From the NCBI GenBank assembly GCA_025786725.1, contig JAHLTZ010000021.1:310001-374000 (forward strand): a stretch of DNA of 64,000 bases. Direction: 5' to 3'. How positions within the stretch are numbered: position 1 is the stretch's first letter; every line of letters begins with the position of its first letter. The position numbers and the translations under genes are program-made. Below the pieces are notes generated by a model. The model had not been told where the DNA came from. It did not search any database and worked only from the letters and a program-made list of their open reading frames with translations. This document shows positions 26,209 through 37,722 of this stretch, in pieces. This DNA is from Syncephalis fuscata S228 (taxonomy: Eukaryota > Fungi > Zoopagomycota).

Positions 26209-27801
26209 ATGCAGCATATCCCTGTACCTGTTGTTGAGCGACTTGCGGTGTTTGCCGACGACAAGTCGCTGGTGCTGTTTGCGTCGTGCTCTCAGTGGCT
26301 GTGGCAGTGTGTTGGTATACAGCAGCGTGTATGGCGACAGCGATATATACAGCACTACACGTTTAAAGACGACGACGAAGTACAGTGGCTGTCGTGGTAC
26401 GTACGCACACTGCGAGTGTCTGGCGCACTGGCAGCAACAAGCAACACGGCGATTGATGTCACCCAGCTGAATGACCATGATATCAACTGGTTCCGTGCAT
26501 TCTGCCATCGACGTGCCACCAGTGCCAACTGGCTACGAGACAAGCCATATCCGATATATGACATAGTCGAAGATACATCGGACAGTGATCAGGTTATAGT
26601 ATTGCAGCGTATAAGCAATAATAGTCGTATATTGGGAGAATGTGGTGTTATTGAGCAGTGCCAACCAATAGGGAAACCAAAACACCAGCAATTCTGGCGC
26701 TTACGCAAAGTATGCTGTGATGGATTTGATCCAACAGTCAATGTGGAGCAATTTTTAGTATCAGACAAATTTGCAGTGGCTGTATGTGATCAAAGGAATA
26801 GCACTGCAAAGGATGCTGAACAAACAAGTATTATTCTTATTTGGCATGTACATAAACTATCATATGTACGACCACAAATTATTTTTGAATTATTTATCCA
26901 AAACATAGAAATCCGTGACCGTTGGATGCTTGTTACTTATATTGATAAGAGCGAAAAAATGGCCGGTGGCCCTTCTTTAATAATAGCCACGCGCGTTTTT
27001 GACCTTGCGACAGGTCAGATGTGCATGGGTGCCATTAAAAATGTCAGAGGAAAAACGTTTTTACATCGAGTTACCAACGAGACGGCAGACATAGTATATA
27101 CTACTATTGCTGATGTGCCTGGCTTTCATATAATTAACTGGAGCATTTGGCAATTTTCTATTTTGTTAATCGAAGATACTCCTCGGTGTTTAATGGAAGG
27201 AAAGTGCACTATTTCATACACGATGGAGGTTTACAGTCCGTTAGAAAGATTAGATGAAGATCGTTTTTTAATTCGACACGGCATCAGGCAATTTTTTAAC
27301 GCATCAGCTAGTGAACAAAACCCAGAGGTGTTGAATTTAGCTGTTATTTCAACTCGCTCCGATGGCTTGAATCAAGATATAAATAATCAAAATTTCATGT
27401 GGTCCCATTACATAGACATTTATGACGCAACACCGATCCTTTCACTTGACAGGATTATCACTTCATCCAAGCAAGGATGGACGGTATATGATTTGACAAA
27501 TGGCGCAGTATTATCACATATTGACAGGAGCAGGCTAGAACTAGTATTCTCGCACTACCTTACTCCTGGAGTGGGCATTAACTTGATAGGAAAGACATGC
27601 TGGATTCCAGGCTTTGTTATTTGCCAAGGAAAAGACGAATACTCTATAATGCTAATGGATTTGTTGCATCCAGAACGTAGTAGACCATTAAAAATAATGG
27701 ACACCACTACGACTTTAAATACTACGCCAAAGCAATGTACTCGAAACGCACTTTTTATATCCCAAAATGATAAATATAAGATTATTGACTTGTCATGCTA
27801 A
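26209..27801 (+). CDS. F-box-like family protein, copy 4 (intact 530 aa, divergent C-terminal domain)
   Basis: Uninterrupted intronless ORF; matches paralogs to ...FLVSDKF, then strongly divergent but collinear. Confidence 0.85.
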   Translation: MQHIPVPVVERLAVFADDKSLVLFASCSQWLWQCVGIQQRVWRQRYIQHYTFKDDDEVQWLSWYVRTLRVSGALAATSNTAIDVTQLNDHDINWFRAFCHRRATSANWLRDKPYPIYDIVEDTSDSDQVIVLQRISNNSRILGECGVIEQCQPIGKPKHQQFWRLRKVCCDGFDPTVNVEQFLVSDKFAVAVCDQRNSTAKDAEQTSIILIWHVHKLSYVRPQIIFELFIQNIEIRDRWMLVTYIDKSEKMAGGPSLIIATRVFDLATGQMCMGAIKNVRGKTFLHRVTNETADIVYTTIADVPGFHIINWSIWQFSILLIEDTPRCLMEGKCTISYTMEVYSPLERLDEDRFLIRHGIRQFFNASASEQNPEVLNLAVISTRSDGLNQDINNQNFMWSHYIDIYDATPILSLDRIITSSKQGWTVYDLTNGAVLSHIDRSRLELVFSHYLTPGVGINLIGKTCWIPGFVICQGKDEYSIMLMDLLHPERSRPLKIMDTTTTLNTTPKQCTRNALFISQNDKYKIIDLSC

Positions 27802-28389
27802 TTAATATCCTTTTTAATAAACAAATTAGCTCACCTTTCCTCGAACATCCCAGTAGTCGCGCCATTATTGATCTATAAAAGTCATGGTATGCAAATAAAG
27901 ACACTCAAATGTTGATGTAATTCATTTGATTGCTTGCTATGTACAACAATATTATTACATATGTATTGCTTCATTGTAATGACTGGCACTTTACACTTTG
28001 TTACATTTAATAAAGTCCTAACTATACTAGCCATCTTAGCAATTATATCAACAGTTTGTTTAGCTGTTTATTTATGTTAATGTTATCGAATAATTGATTA
28101 ATTATTTAGTATGATGTGATGATCAAATGATTATATTCAATAATATTTGCGCAATTGTACTATACTTTTATCATTAATATACATGCATTTTATTTAAATA
28201 TTCGTTTGAATTTACTTTTCTCATTAGTCTACAGCCACATATCTAGTGTATAGATAGAAAAAGGCAATGTGTATTAAGCTGAACGCGTAATATCCACAAT
28301 AAATCAAATCATAACAATTAATTTTTCACAGCACCATTTTTGTTTCTTTCAAACGCTATTGCTGCTTATGAAAATACGCAAGTGGCCTA

Positions 28390-29275
28390 ATGACTAAAAG
28401 TACAAATCCAAAAATCGTGCGTTTAGAGAATTGCACTATTGTTCAAGCGGACATTGCTCATATGTTGTAAGTCAACTACCTTATACTTTATCAATATTTA
28501 ATTAACAGCTACCAGTGAATACCGTTGTCCAGTACGCAAATGCAATAACTACGTTGTATCGATGGTCGATGAACGTGATCAAGCCACAGCTTTGGATATG
28601 ATTGATCATGAAATGGATGATGATTTATCATCAACTGTTAGTATATTGCATTCAACACAAGTATTTTATTGCAGTAAACATGGTACTTTGTCAGATCCAC
28701 CCAATGTTACCTACAGATTAAAAGTAGAGTTTAATAATACAATTGTATATATATATATTAATTTGCTTTAGATGACTGTGGCTCATGAATCACGCCTCTA
28801 TTGTGTCATTGGCTATGACGAAAAAGTTCAACAGCTTTTAAATGAGCCAGCCGAGCATTTATACAAAGTTAGTGAAGATATCCATTATTACATATACTAT
28901 TCTAATAGATTATAATGCTGAATAGTGGATATTGAGTAATGTCAATGGTGCTACGCAGCCATGGCAAGCATGGTGTCGTCAGTTGGAGAAGGCACTTCAG
29001 GGAACCAGTTGCCAGCTTAATATATATCCCAGTAAACCATTTAAAGTATATACCTATCGTGTTTAATAACTATCAACTAATATAATTGATTGCAGGTGAA
29101 CAAAAATGAACCAAATTGGTGGATTGACCGAATCTTGCCAATACATTCTCAATTCAGATCCATTATAGACCAGTTATCATTTATGTTAAAACAATATGAA
29201 TTATCTAAAGAAGATGACTATGCCAATTTCTCAAATCAGTATTTATCACCAGCGGATTTTAAGGTAATTATATAG
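28390..29275 (+). CDS. Zn-ribbon OB-fold protein (RPA1 DBD-C / DDIAS-like), multi-exon
   Basis: Spliced reading: YRCPVRKC...FYCSKHG...VTYRLK/MTVAHESRLYCVIGYDEKVQQLLNEPAEHL...FRSIIDQL. Confidence 0.55.
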
Positions 29276-29413
29276 TTATAACACATTAGTAGTAGTAGTA
29301 TTGACGCATAACTAGTTTATTGCAAAGTAATTTATTATTATACTATACTACTCTTTAACGCATGCATTTGTTCATCAGTGACACTGTCTTTGACATTGGA
29401 AAAGCAGCAATTA

Positions 29414-30267
29414 TTACACTTTAAATGATGTAAATAGTCGGGATTGTCGCATATCCTCGGCAACATAATCATTTTCATCCATTATTATACCCTCGCCTTT
29501 TAAAAGCATTTGTTTATCGCAAATGTCACTGCCTTTCCCCCATGTACTATGTTTATAGCGTAATTGAGTATTTGTAACAATAAAACATCTATTTATAAAC
29601 TACCTACCCACGAAATCCACCGATAAATGCATTGCTAGTCAAAACACGGTGGCCTATCTAATGTTGAGTACACTAACAGGCTTAATACTATATACGTACA
29701 TGGCACAGGTAATGGCGCAAATGGGTTGCATCTCAATGCTTGTCCCACTAATAGATAATAAGTCAATTGTCATAATGATGGACATTCTGCTTATCATACC
29801 TGCACGTGGAGACCCTTTAATTGAGTCGGAAATCTGTTTATAAGTCGAGTAGTAGCCTAATGATAAATTAGTACGTGCTTGATTATTTAGCATACTAATA
29901 AAATGCCATTTACCTTCAGGAATCTAAATGGATAAGCATAATACATTTGTTTAGTTAAATAGTTAAAGCAAGTCGTATTTACTTACTTGTGCACATAAAT
30001 CGTAGACGCGAAACTGGAATTCTGTTACGCGACGACCTGTTGTTGAATTAATAAAGTTTTCTCGCTCCTTTACACTAAGTGGGTAGTAAACTATTATAAA
30101 AAATTAGATGGTTTGATATAAATGATAAATGACAAGTACATACTTGTTGACACTGCTTCGTTCGATGGTGCTTTGTCACCCGTATCATTTTTTTGCAATT
30201 TTGCACTGAAGTAAGGCGACTGAGTACTAGTCTTTTGGTTTATTTTACGCTTTGCAACACGCGGCAT
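29414..30267 (-). CDS. MGT1: O6-methylguanine-DNA methyltransferase, multi-exon
   Basis: VTEFQFRVYDLCAQ/IPEG, STYKQISDSIKGSPRA/VGQALRCNPFAP, active-site PCHRV split by an intron, K..LL..EG. Probable 1-nt deletion in the last exon. Confidence 0.9.
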
Positions 30268-30621
30268 TCCTATAGTAAGTACTGAATAGTCAAATAGTTA
30301 CGAGTCTGTTTGTATACAACAAGCAGTGAAGAAAGATGCTAATCGCCCTTGTAAAAGTGACGTCCTGCTCAGTTTCAGTTCAAGCGAAAACTATCATGAC
30401 TCATCATGCCCATGGGATTATCCCATGCAACTAGTAGTTTATAATTTGCAATGAAAATAAATAGCCCTTCTTTATTTTCATTCTTATTTTCATTCTTATT
30501 TATCTTTCTTTTTACTATTATTTTTACTATTCTTTAGAATAGACGCTGTCTACCGGTGCTATTGGTAAGTCTTTATGATAGATTGATGCATTGGAGCAGG
30601 CTATTGCTTGTTTCATTAGTA

Positions 30622-30742
30622 GTTGGCAAACGTGATGATCGATATAAACCCAGCTCGTCGATGGACGTCGTTGCCTGTTAGCTTATAGCGGCGTTTTACA
30701 TGAGAATAAGACTAAATGTCACCTCAACTGACTATTGCCAAC
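30622..30742 (+). ncRNA. Box C/D snoRNA candidate 1
   Basis: Box C GTGATGA 30632-30638, box D CTGA 30728-30731, 8-bp terminal stem GTTGGCAA/TTGCCAAC, and TAAACCCAGCTC (30645-30656) complementary to conserved LSU rRNA GAGCUGGGUUUA. Confidence 0.75.
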
Positions 30743-30909
30743 AACTATATGTGCAATGCTTGCGTTTACATATTGAATTCTATTTACTTACATTTACCAA
30801 TTGTTATAGTATCCGTGCACAAGTCTAGTAAAGAGCTTTTCTTGTTATTCTGGCTGCTATTTGTATTTTTGTAAGTATTATAAACGATATAAAATTGTTA
30901 TGTTTTTTT

Positions 30910-31009
30910 TGTAAAATGATGAGCTTTCCGCCTACCCAGCTCACTTCGAGAAGTGTACGCAAAAGACGTATTCTGTGAGAAGAACGGCGTCTTTAAATCT
31001 GATCTTACA
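30910..31009 (+). ncRNA. Box C/D snoRNA candidate 2
   Basis: Box C ATGATGA 30916-30922, box D CTGA 30999-31002, terminal stem TGTAA/TTACA, ACCCAGCTCAC (30934-30944) complementary to LSU rRNA GUGAGCUGGGU, internal stem AAAGACG/CGTCTTT. Confidence 0.65.
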
Positions 31010-31164
31010 TTAATTATTTAATGTCTCTACGTGTTTTTATTAATTAATAGATGCTAACTAATAGTTATTTAGATGAATCAAGGTACTATATTATTAAATA
31101 AAATTTTTTAACTAAATTGTTTGATTATTCAATGAATAACTATGAATACACAGAAATATAAGGC

Positions 31165-32153
31165 TACTGTACTTTCACTCCTACATTTTTATTTATTCAT
31201 TTCATCAGTATAACATGTATAATATTGCATCCAACATTAATTAATTTATGTGTAATTATCAATACAATAATGTAATTAATTAGCTATATTTATTATTGCT
31301 TTAATATATATATATTGTCATTATAATATTTATTGTTCAAAATGCCATTTATTTAGTCAGATTGGCTATAGGAAAAGTGGCTGTTTAATAAATGACTTTT
31401 ATAATAAGTATATTAATCTTGAGTTTACATCACAAATATGCCCAAAGTGCAACAGTAGAATATTAGAAAATAGAAGAAACCATTCAGACGCAATAATCCA
31501 TGCTGTACATAGACGCAACAACAACTGTGGAACGATATGGAATTGCGATCAATGGCTTCTATTAATATTCGATCAATCTTTCTACGCATGGTTAACAGCA
31601 ACAATAATCGGCCTCAAATGTCTCAAAGTAGTTAAATGAGCGTTATAACTATGTTTGTTGTGCATAACAGCATGACTTTAATTGGAACGAATTTTGCTTT
31701 GAAGATTACAAATAGGAGAGTCAAAGTTTAATTCAACTAATTGTAATTACGCCAGCCTACAATACTTGAATCATCTGCTACTTGCTATTGGATTATTCAA
31801 ATAAGCTGGCATAACATTGCATCGACAAATCACACTTCTCAGTAGTGGAGACTGATCGACGGCTTACTATTCAAGTTATTAGTATAAAACATGTTCATCA
31901 ATAAAATAATGTATAATAAAAACATTAAAGCCATTTAATACTAAAAGTCGTTGTTATAGAGCGTACTGCCAATAAATTACTAAATGTAATAGAAAATAAG
32001 TACTAATTAATTGACACTGATTAATTCAATCGGAGTTGATGTGGCACTACTTCAACAAACAAACCCCTCTCAGTAATAAAAACTGATTGACGATTTATTG
32101 TTCAAATTATTGATCTTTTTGTCCCCAGTTTGAAGCTAGGGAGTCAAAGTACA
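31165..32153. mobile_element. Non-autonomous TIR element (MITE-like), copy 2
   Basis: Left end GCTACTGTACTTTCACTCCTACATTTTTATTTA matches copy 1; right end GCTAGGGAGTCAAAGTACA; shared ~700-bp core. Confidence 0.75.
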
Positions 32154-32306
32154 ATTCAGTCAAATAAAAATAAATTGTATTGGCGTTTTCTGAACTAGAC
32201 GCTGACATTTACTTGCCATTTTTCTCGTACATTGGTCACGTATCGTTTAATATACCTCCTGTGATTGTATCCTACTGGTTGCGCATTCGGTCCGTCTTTA
32301 CTTACT

Positions 32307-35300
32307 ATGCGGGTAGAGGAGTTGATTATTGAAGGATTCAAATCCTATGCAGTGCGAACGCACATTACTGGCTGGGATTCGGCCTTTAATGCTATTACAG
32401 GTCTGAACGGTTCAGGCAAGTCGAATATTCTCGACGCGATCTGTTTCGTGCTGGGCATTAAAAATCTATCAGCGGTAAGTTATGCAATAGCAAACTGAGC
32501 TACCGACACAATAGTATATTTACGCGAATTACATACAATTATTATTATAGGTACGTGCCAACAATCTAGTTGAGCTGGTCTATAAGCGTGGCCAGGCCGG
32601 TGTTACGAAGGCGTCTGTAACCATCGTGTTCAACAATAATGATCGTGAAAAAAGTCCTGTGGGCTATGAGCATTGCCAACAGATCTCAGTAACTCGTCAG
32701 GTAAACAAGGTGAAATAGCGTTGACACAAATTTAATTACGCGTATTATGTAGATTTTATTAACTGGTAAAACCAAATATCTTATTAATGGACATACAGCA
32801 CAACAACATGCTGTTGAAACACTATTTCAATCGGTTCAGCTTAACGTTAATAATCCACACTTTTTAATTATGCAAGGACGAATCACAAAAGTGTTGAACA
32901 TGAAACCGCAAGAAGTACTTTCTATGATAGAAGAAGCATCGGGTACACGTATGTTTGAAGAGCGTAAGGAGAAGGCGCTTAATACCATGACGAAGAAGGA
33001 TAAGAAAGTAACCGAAATTACGACAGTAAGTATTATTAAGTAGCAATACAATTATGATTAATATCTGTGTTATCGATCGTAGATTTTAAATGAAGAGATT
33101 ACACCAAAATTGGATCGGTTACGAGAAGAAAAACGTGCTTATTTGGAATTCCAAAAGACTGAAATTGAGATTGACCGGCTAAGTCGTCTAACTGTTGCTT
33201 ATCAATATGCAAAATGCCAGGTAAAAAACACGTAGTTTTATAAGCTATCATCTAATATAATATATTGCAGAAACAACTCAATCATTCGCACAGAGAGTTT
33301 GAAGAGAAGAAAGACCGAGTTAGAGATATTCGCGTAGAAATGGATCGTCTCCGTACTGAAACAGAGAACCTTGAACGCGAAATTGAACAACTTAGCCAGA
33401 AGCGTCAAAAGGTAACACTATAGCATAGCGTATTTACAATGATATTCATCAGTATAATTAGGAAAGTGCCAAAGGAGGCAATATCCAAGCAATGGATCAA
33501 CGTGTCAAAGAATTGTCAATGCAGGTGGTCAAATCAAAAACTCAATGTGATATAAAGAAACAAACGGTTAAGGAAGAAGAACGACAGTGTGAGCAATTGC
33601 AAAAGAATCTTAATGAGATTGAGGAGACAATCAAGTCAAAAGGTGCAGTGTTGGAGCAGAAGAAACAAGAGTTTGAAAGTGTCCGTGTTGAGCATGAGAA
33701 GCGATCAGTTGAAGTACGCAAAGCGGAAGAATTATTGCAAACCTTGACTACAGGTCTATCGGCACAGGAAGGACATGAAAATGGCTATATGGAACAGCTA
33801 CAAGGTAACTATTAAGTATGCACCACAATATAAGTATACTTATCAGTGGCTGGTAGAATCCAAGCGGCAAATGGTACAATGTGATACGGAAACTGAGCAA
33901 AGCCGTATTCGTAAAACACATTTAGAACGAGAGATTGCTGAATTGCAACCTAAAGCAAAACAGGCCGAAAAGGAAAACAAATTACTATTGGCTGAGGTTG
34001 AGACGGCTCGACAACAAGTTGACAAGTTGGAAGTAGGTTAATAGAAATAGATTAATAGTCGTGTATTAATAATAATTAAACATTAATGTAGAAACAATTA
34101 AAATCTATTTCTTATGACGCAGAACAAGAATCAACTTTGTTAAAACAACGATCACAATTACAGCTATCAATAGAACGATTACAAGAGGTAAGTAATTCTT
34201 GATAAATGTGTTTTTATTAACATAGATTTATTGTAGAGAATAGATCAGATGGCCAGCCAATTGTCATCGATTGATTTTATTTACACTGATCCAGTGGCTA
34301 ATTTTGACCGTAATAAGGTTAAAGGTGTAGTGGCTGAACTTGTTGAGCTATCCAAGGACCGAGCTGCATCAGCCACGGCACTTGAAGTGTGTGCTGGCGG
34401 TCGTCTCTACAATGTATGAATATGATTCTAAAATAGATAAATGACACTAACATAATATTTATAACATTGATATATATATATATGTATAGGTTGTTGTCGA
34501 GAACGAAACGATTGGTTCGCAGTTACTTAAACATGGCAAACTACAGAAGCGTGTTACAATTATTCCATTAAATAAAGTACAGCCATATCTTGCCTCGGCC
34601 GATGTAAGTTGAAGTATATTGTATTACGCTGTTGACTAATGAAAGAATAGCGAGTCAATGCTGCTCAGCAATTATCGCCGGGTAAGGTCGATCTAGCGAT
34701 CTCTTTAATTGGCTATGAAAAACAAGTGGCCAAAGCGATGGAGTACGTATTTGGAAGTACATTGATCTGTGCAGGTAATTATGCAATTAAATACATATTA
34801 CGTTTATTTAACAATTCTATTACTTTGAAATAGATTCCGAGACGGCGCAAAAGGTGACATTTGACCGTCAAGTACGTCTAAAGTCCGTTACCATTGATGG
34901 CGATGTCTATGATCCTGCTGGTACATTGCAAGGTGGATCGAAGCCACAATCTGCCGGTCTATTAGTTAAAATCCAAGAGCTACACGAGGCCCGCAATCAA
35001 TTGGCCAGTCTACAAGCTGAGTTGGCTCAAATCGACCGAACATTGGCTGGTATGGAGGCTAATGCATCCAAATACAAGCAGCTGAACCATCAGCGTGAGT
35101 TGAAATTGCATCAACAATCATTGGCTCAAGAACAGCTGTCGAGTAGTCCACAGGCTCAACTACTTAATGCACTACAGCAAGCACGCGAACAACTAGCCCA
35201 AACTGAAGCGACAATTGTAGATGCTCAAAAGCGTCGTAAAGAAGCAGCCCAACAATGCAAGCATATTGAAAAAGAAATGAAAGATTTTAAACAGAATCGA

Positions 35301-36984
35301 GACGGCAAACTAACCGAGATGTCGGTAAGGCATTATATGGAAATATATGAATAGAGCTAATATCCATATTTGTAATTATTTAGAATAAATTAGCTAAAGA
35401 AAAGCAGCAAATGACAAAAGCAAACTTGATTGTAAAGCAACAGCAGCGGGAAATTCATACTCTTGAACTAGAGATTGGTAATAGTATTTTATTTAAAAAG
35501 TGTCATTTATTAATACGATGCATTATTAGAACAACTTGGATCGGATGCAGAATCGGCGGTCACCGAGTTAGAAACAGCCAGATCAACAGCCGTGTTATGC
35601 GTACAAGAGGAAGAAGCATTACGACAAGAATTAACGGCCATCCAAGTAAGTGATTGATTAGATATTATTATAGCATTACTACCCATATTAACATGGCGAT
35701 TATTCGCATCCATTGTATAACGTTATTGTAGAATGAGTTGGAAGAAACCAAGCATGCGCTTAAGGCTGAACGAGATCTATTAAGTGGATTTGATGAAGAA
35801 ATCAAGGAGATTGAAGTGATTTATAAGAAGAAAGCAGGACAAACGACCGAATTTCAGGTAGAAATGCAACGACTTAGTCATGAGGTTGAACGCTATCAAT
35901 CAGACAGATACCAGACAGAAAAGGAAGTTGAAACGCTTGAAAAACGGCATCCATGGATTGCTGAACAACGCGAGTACGTATCAATAACAACACATTAATA
36001 CTTTTCATTCATTTATTTGTACTGTAGTCAATTCGGACAGCCAGGTACTCAGTTTGATTTTACTACATTGGATCCAAAGAAGAGTCGAGAACATTTGGCA
36101 CAGTTAGAAACAAAGTTTGATAGCTTACGCAAAAAGATTAATGTCAAGGTTATGAACACATTGGAAAGGTTAGTATTGGTTAATAAGCAGATTAGCTGAA
36201 TCTAATTAAAAAATAGCACGGAAAAGCGTGAAGTGTCATTAAAGACTATGTTATCGACTGTATTACGTGATAAACGAAAGATCCAAGAAACAATCGAAGA
36301 GCTGGACCAATACAAAAAAGAAGCACTTGAAAAGACTTGGGTTCAAGTTAATCGGTAAATTTATTGGCATCACGTTAAAATGTGAAGGTACTAATATATC
36401 AATATCAATATAATAGAGATTTTGGTGAAATATTCGGTGAATTGCTTGCTGGCAACACTTGTAAACTTGAACCACCTGAAGGTAAATCGCTTACTGAAGG
36501 CTTAGAGGTCAAGGTATGTCTAGGTGGTGTGTGGAAGAACAGTCTAACCGAGCTAAGTGGTGGTCAACGGTAAGTATGGTTAATACAAATTCTTTACCAA
36601 GTATCTTAATTAATAATATACTTATTAGGTCATTGGTGGCACTGGCCCTTATTTTATCTTTATTGCAATATAAACCGGCACCAATGTACATTCTCGATGA
36701 GATTGATGCCGCACTTGATCTATCACATACACAGAATATCGGTCAATTATTCCGTACTCGTTTTAAAGGATCTCAGTTTATTGTCGTATCGCTTAAAGAA
36801 GGCATGTTTAATAATGCCAATGTTTTATTCAGAGCTCGATTCCGCGATGGTGTCTCAGTAGTAGAGGTAAGTGGCAATTACACCATTACTCTAGATATTA
36901 ATTCAATAAAACTACACTCTATAGCGTATTCCACAGCGTATCGATCGACGAAAATCTCCTGGCTCATCCTCTAGTCATGGTTAG
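32307..36984 (+). CDS. SMC2: Condensin subunit Smc2, many exons
   Basis: [58 protein letters not shown], hinge [47 protein letters not shown]. Confidence 0.97.
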
Positions 36985-37084
36985 AGCGCAATAACTAAAT
37001 CCACTTATTAGATCAATAAAATAAGATTGTATGTCGTGTTATTGTAATTATACTGATTTTGTTACTTCTTTTTCTTTTTGTACC

Positions 37085-37722
37085 ATGCCGTCTCCACCTA
37101 TTCTACCGTTAGGCTATCAAAGAAGAGCAGTGTATTTACTACGCTGTTATTCAAAGTATCAAAAGCACTGCTTTTCAACGCTTAATAAAAGTAATGACCG
37201 CTCAATTATTTCTCGTTGGGTAAGTCAATAAAGATCAGTTGATTAAGACTAATACAAGTTAAGCCGTTGAAGCCTACTTGGTCGGTCAGTTCGACATTAC
37301 TAACAGAAAATGGCGAGGATCAGAATGGCCTACTAGAAACAACGCAGCAAACAATAGAGACTGAAGATAAACGCGTACTACACCGCGTACTACGCCTGTC
37401 CTGTCTTAATGCCGATACTGACGATAGTTTATCGAGAAAGACGACTATAGCGCGATTAAATAGAGATTTGGACGCATTACGCCACTTTGTACAGCATGTC
37501 CAAGATGCCAAGATTCCCAAAGATACCAAACCATTGGCAAGACTATGTGAATGGCCTTGGTCACCAACTGATATCAATGGCATCAACGACATTAATGATA
37601 ACAGTCTATCACAGTCCTCTTCATCCGAGGAACGTAATCGTGCATTATTAAAACATGCGGCACAGTCAAAAACATTAATTTATTATGATGTACCAGCACC
37701 ATTAATAAAATCTACTAAATAA
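37085..37722 (+). CDS. Probable mitochondrial Glu-tRNA(Gln) amidotransferase small subunit (GatC/GatF-like)
   Basis: Basic presequence-like exon 1, then PTWSVSS, LHRVLRLSCL, LNRDLDALRHFVQHVQ, PLARL, LLKHA...YYDVP. Confidence 0.55.

Larger units (their letters stand above)
19925..27801 (+). repeat. Tandem array of four ~1.98-kb units, each a shared intergenic/promoter segment plus an F-box-like gene
   Basis: ATGs at 20277, 22253, 24236, 26209 (spacing 1976, 1983, 1973); ~350 bp upstream of each is near-identical. Confidence 0.95.
30540..31090 (+). ncRNA. Putative spliced non-coding snoRNA host gene (boundaries approximate)
   Basis: Donors GTAAGT at 30565 and 30871, acceptors at 30809 and 31072 (branch site GCTAAC before the latter). 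Short exons without evident coding potential; each intron contains a C/D-box element. Confidence 0.5.

Noticed and set aside
19925-27801. Diversity-generating retroelement, CRISPR or Helitron explanation for the array
   Set aside because: No reverse transcriptase, Cas or Rep/helicase ORF. Differences are not adenine-specific, units are 2-kb genes rather than short repeat-spacers, and I saw no convincing Helitron termini.
28390-36984. DNA-maintenance gene cluster (OB-fold, MGMT, SMC2)
   Set aside because: Adjacency of three loosely related functions in a gene-dense genome is compatible with chance; no shared regulatory signal seen.
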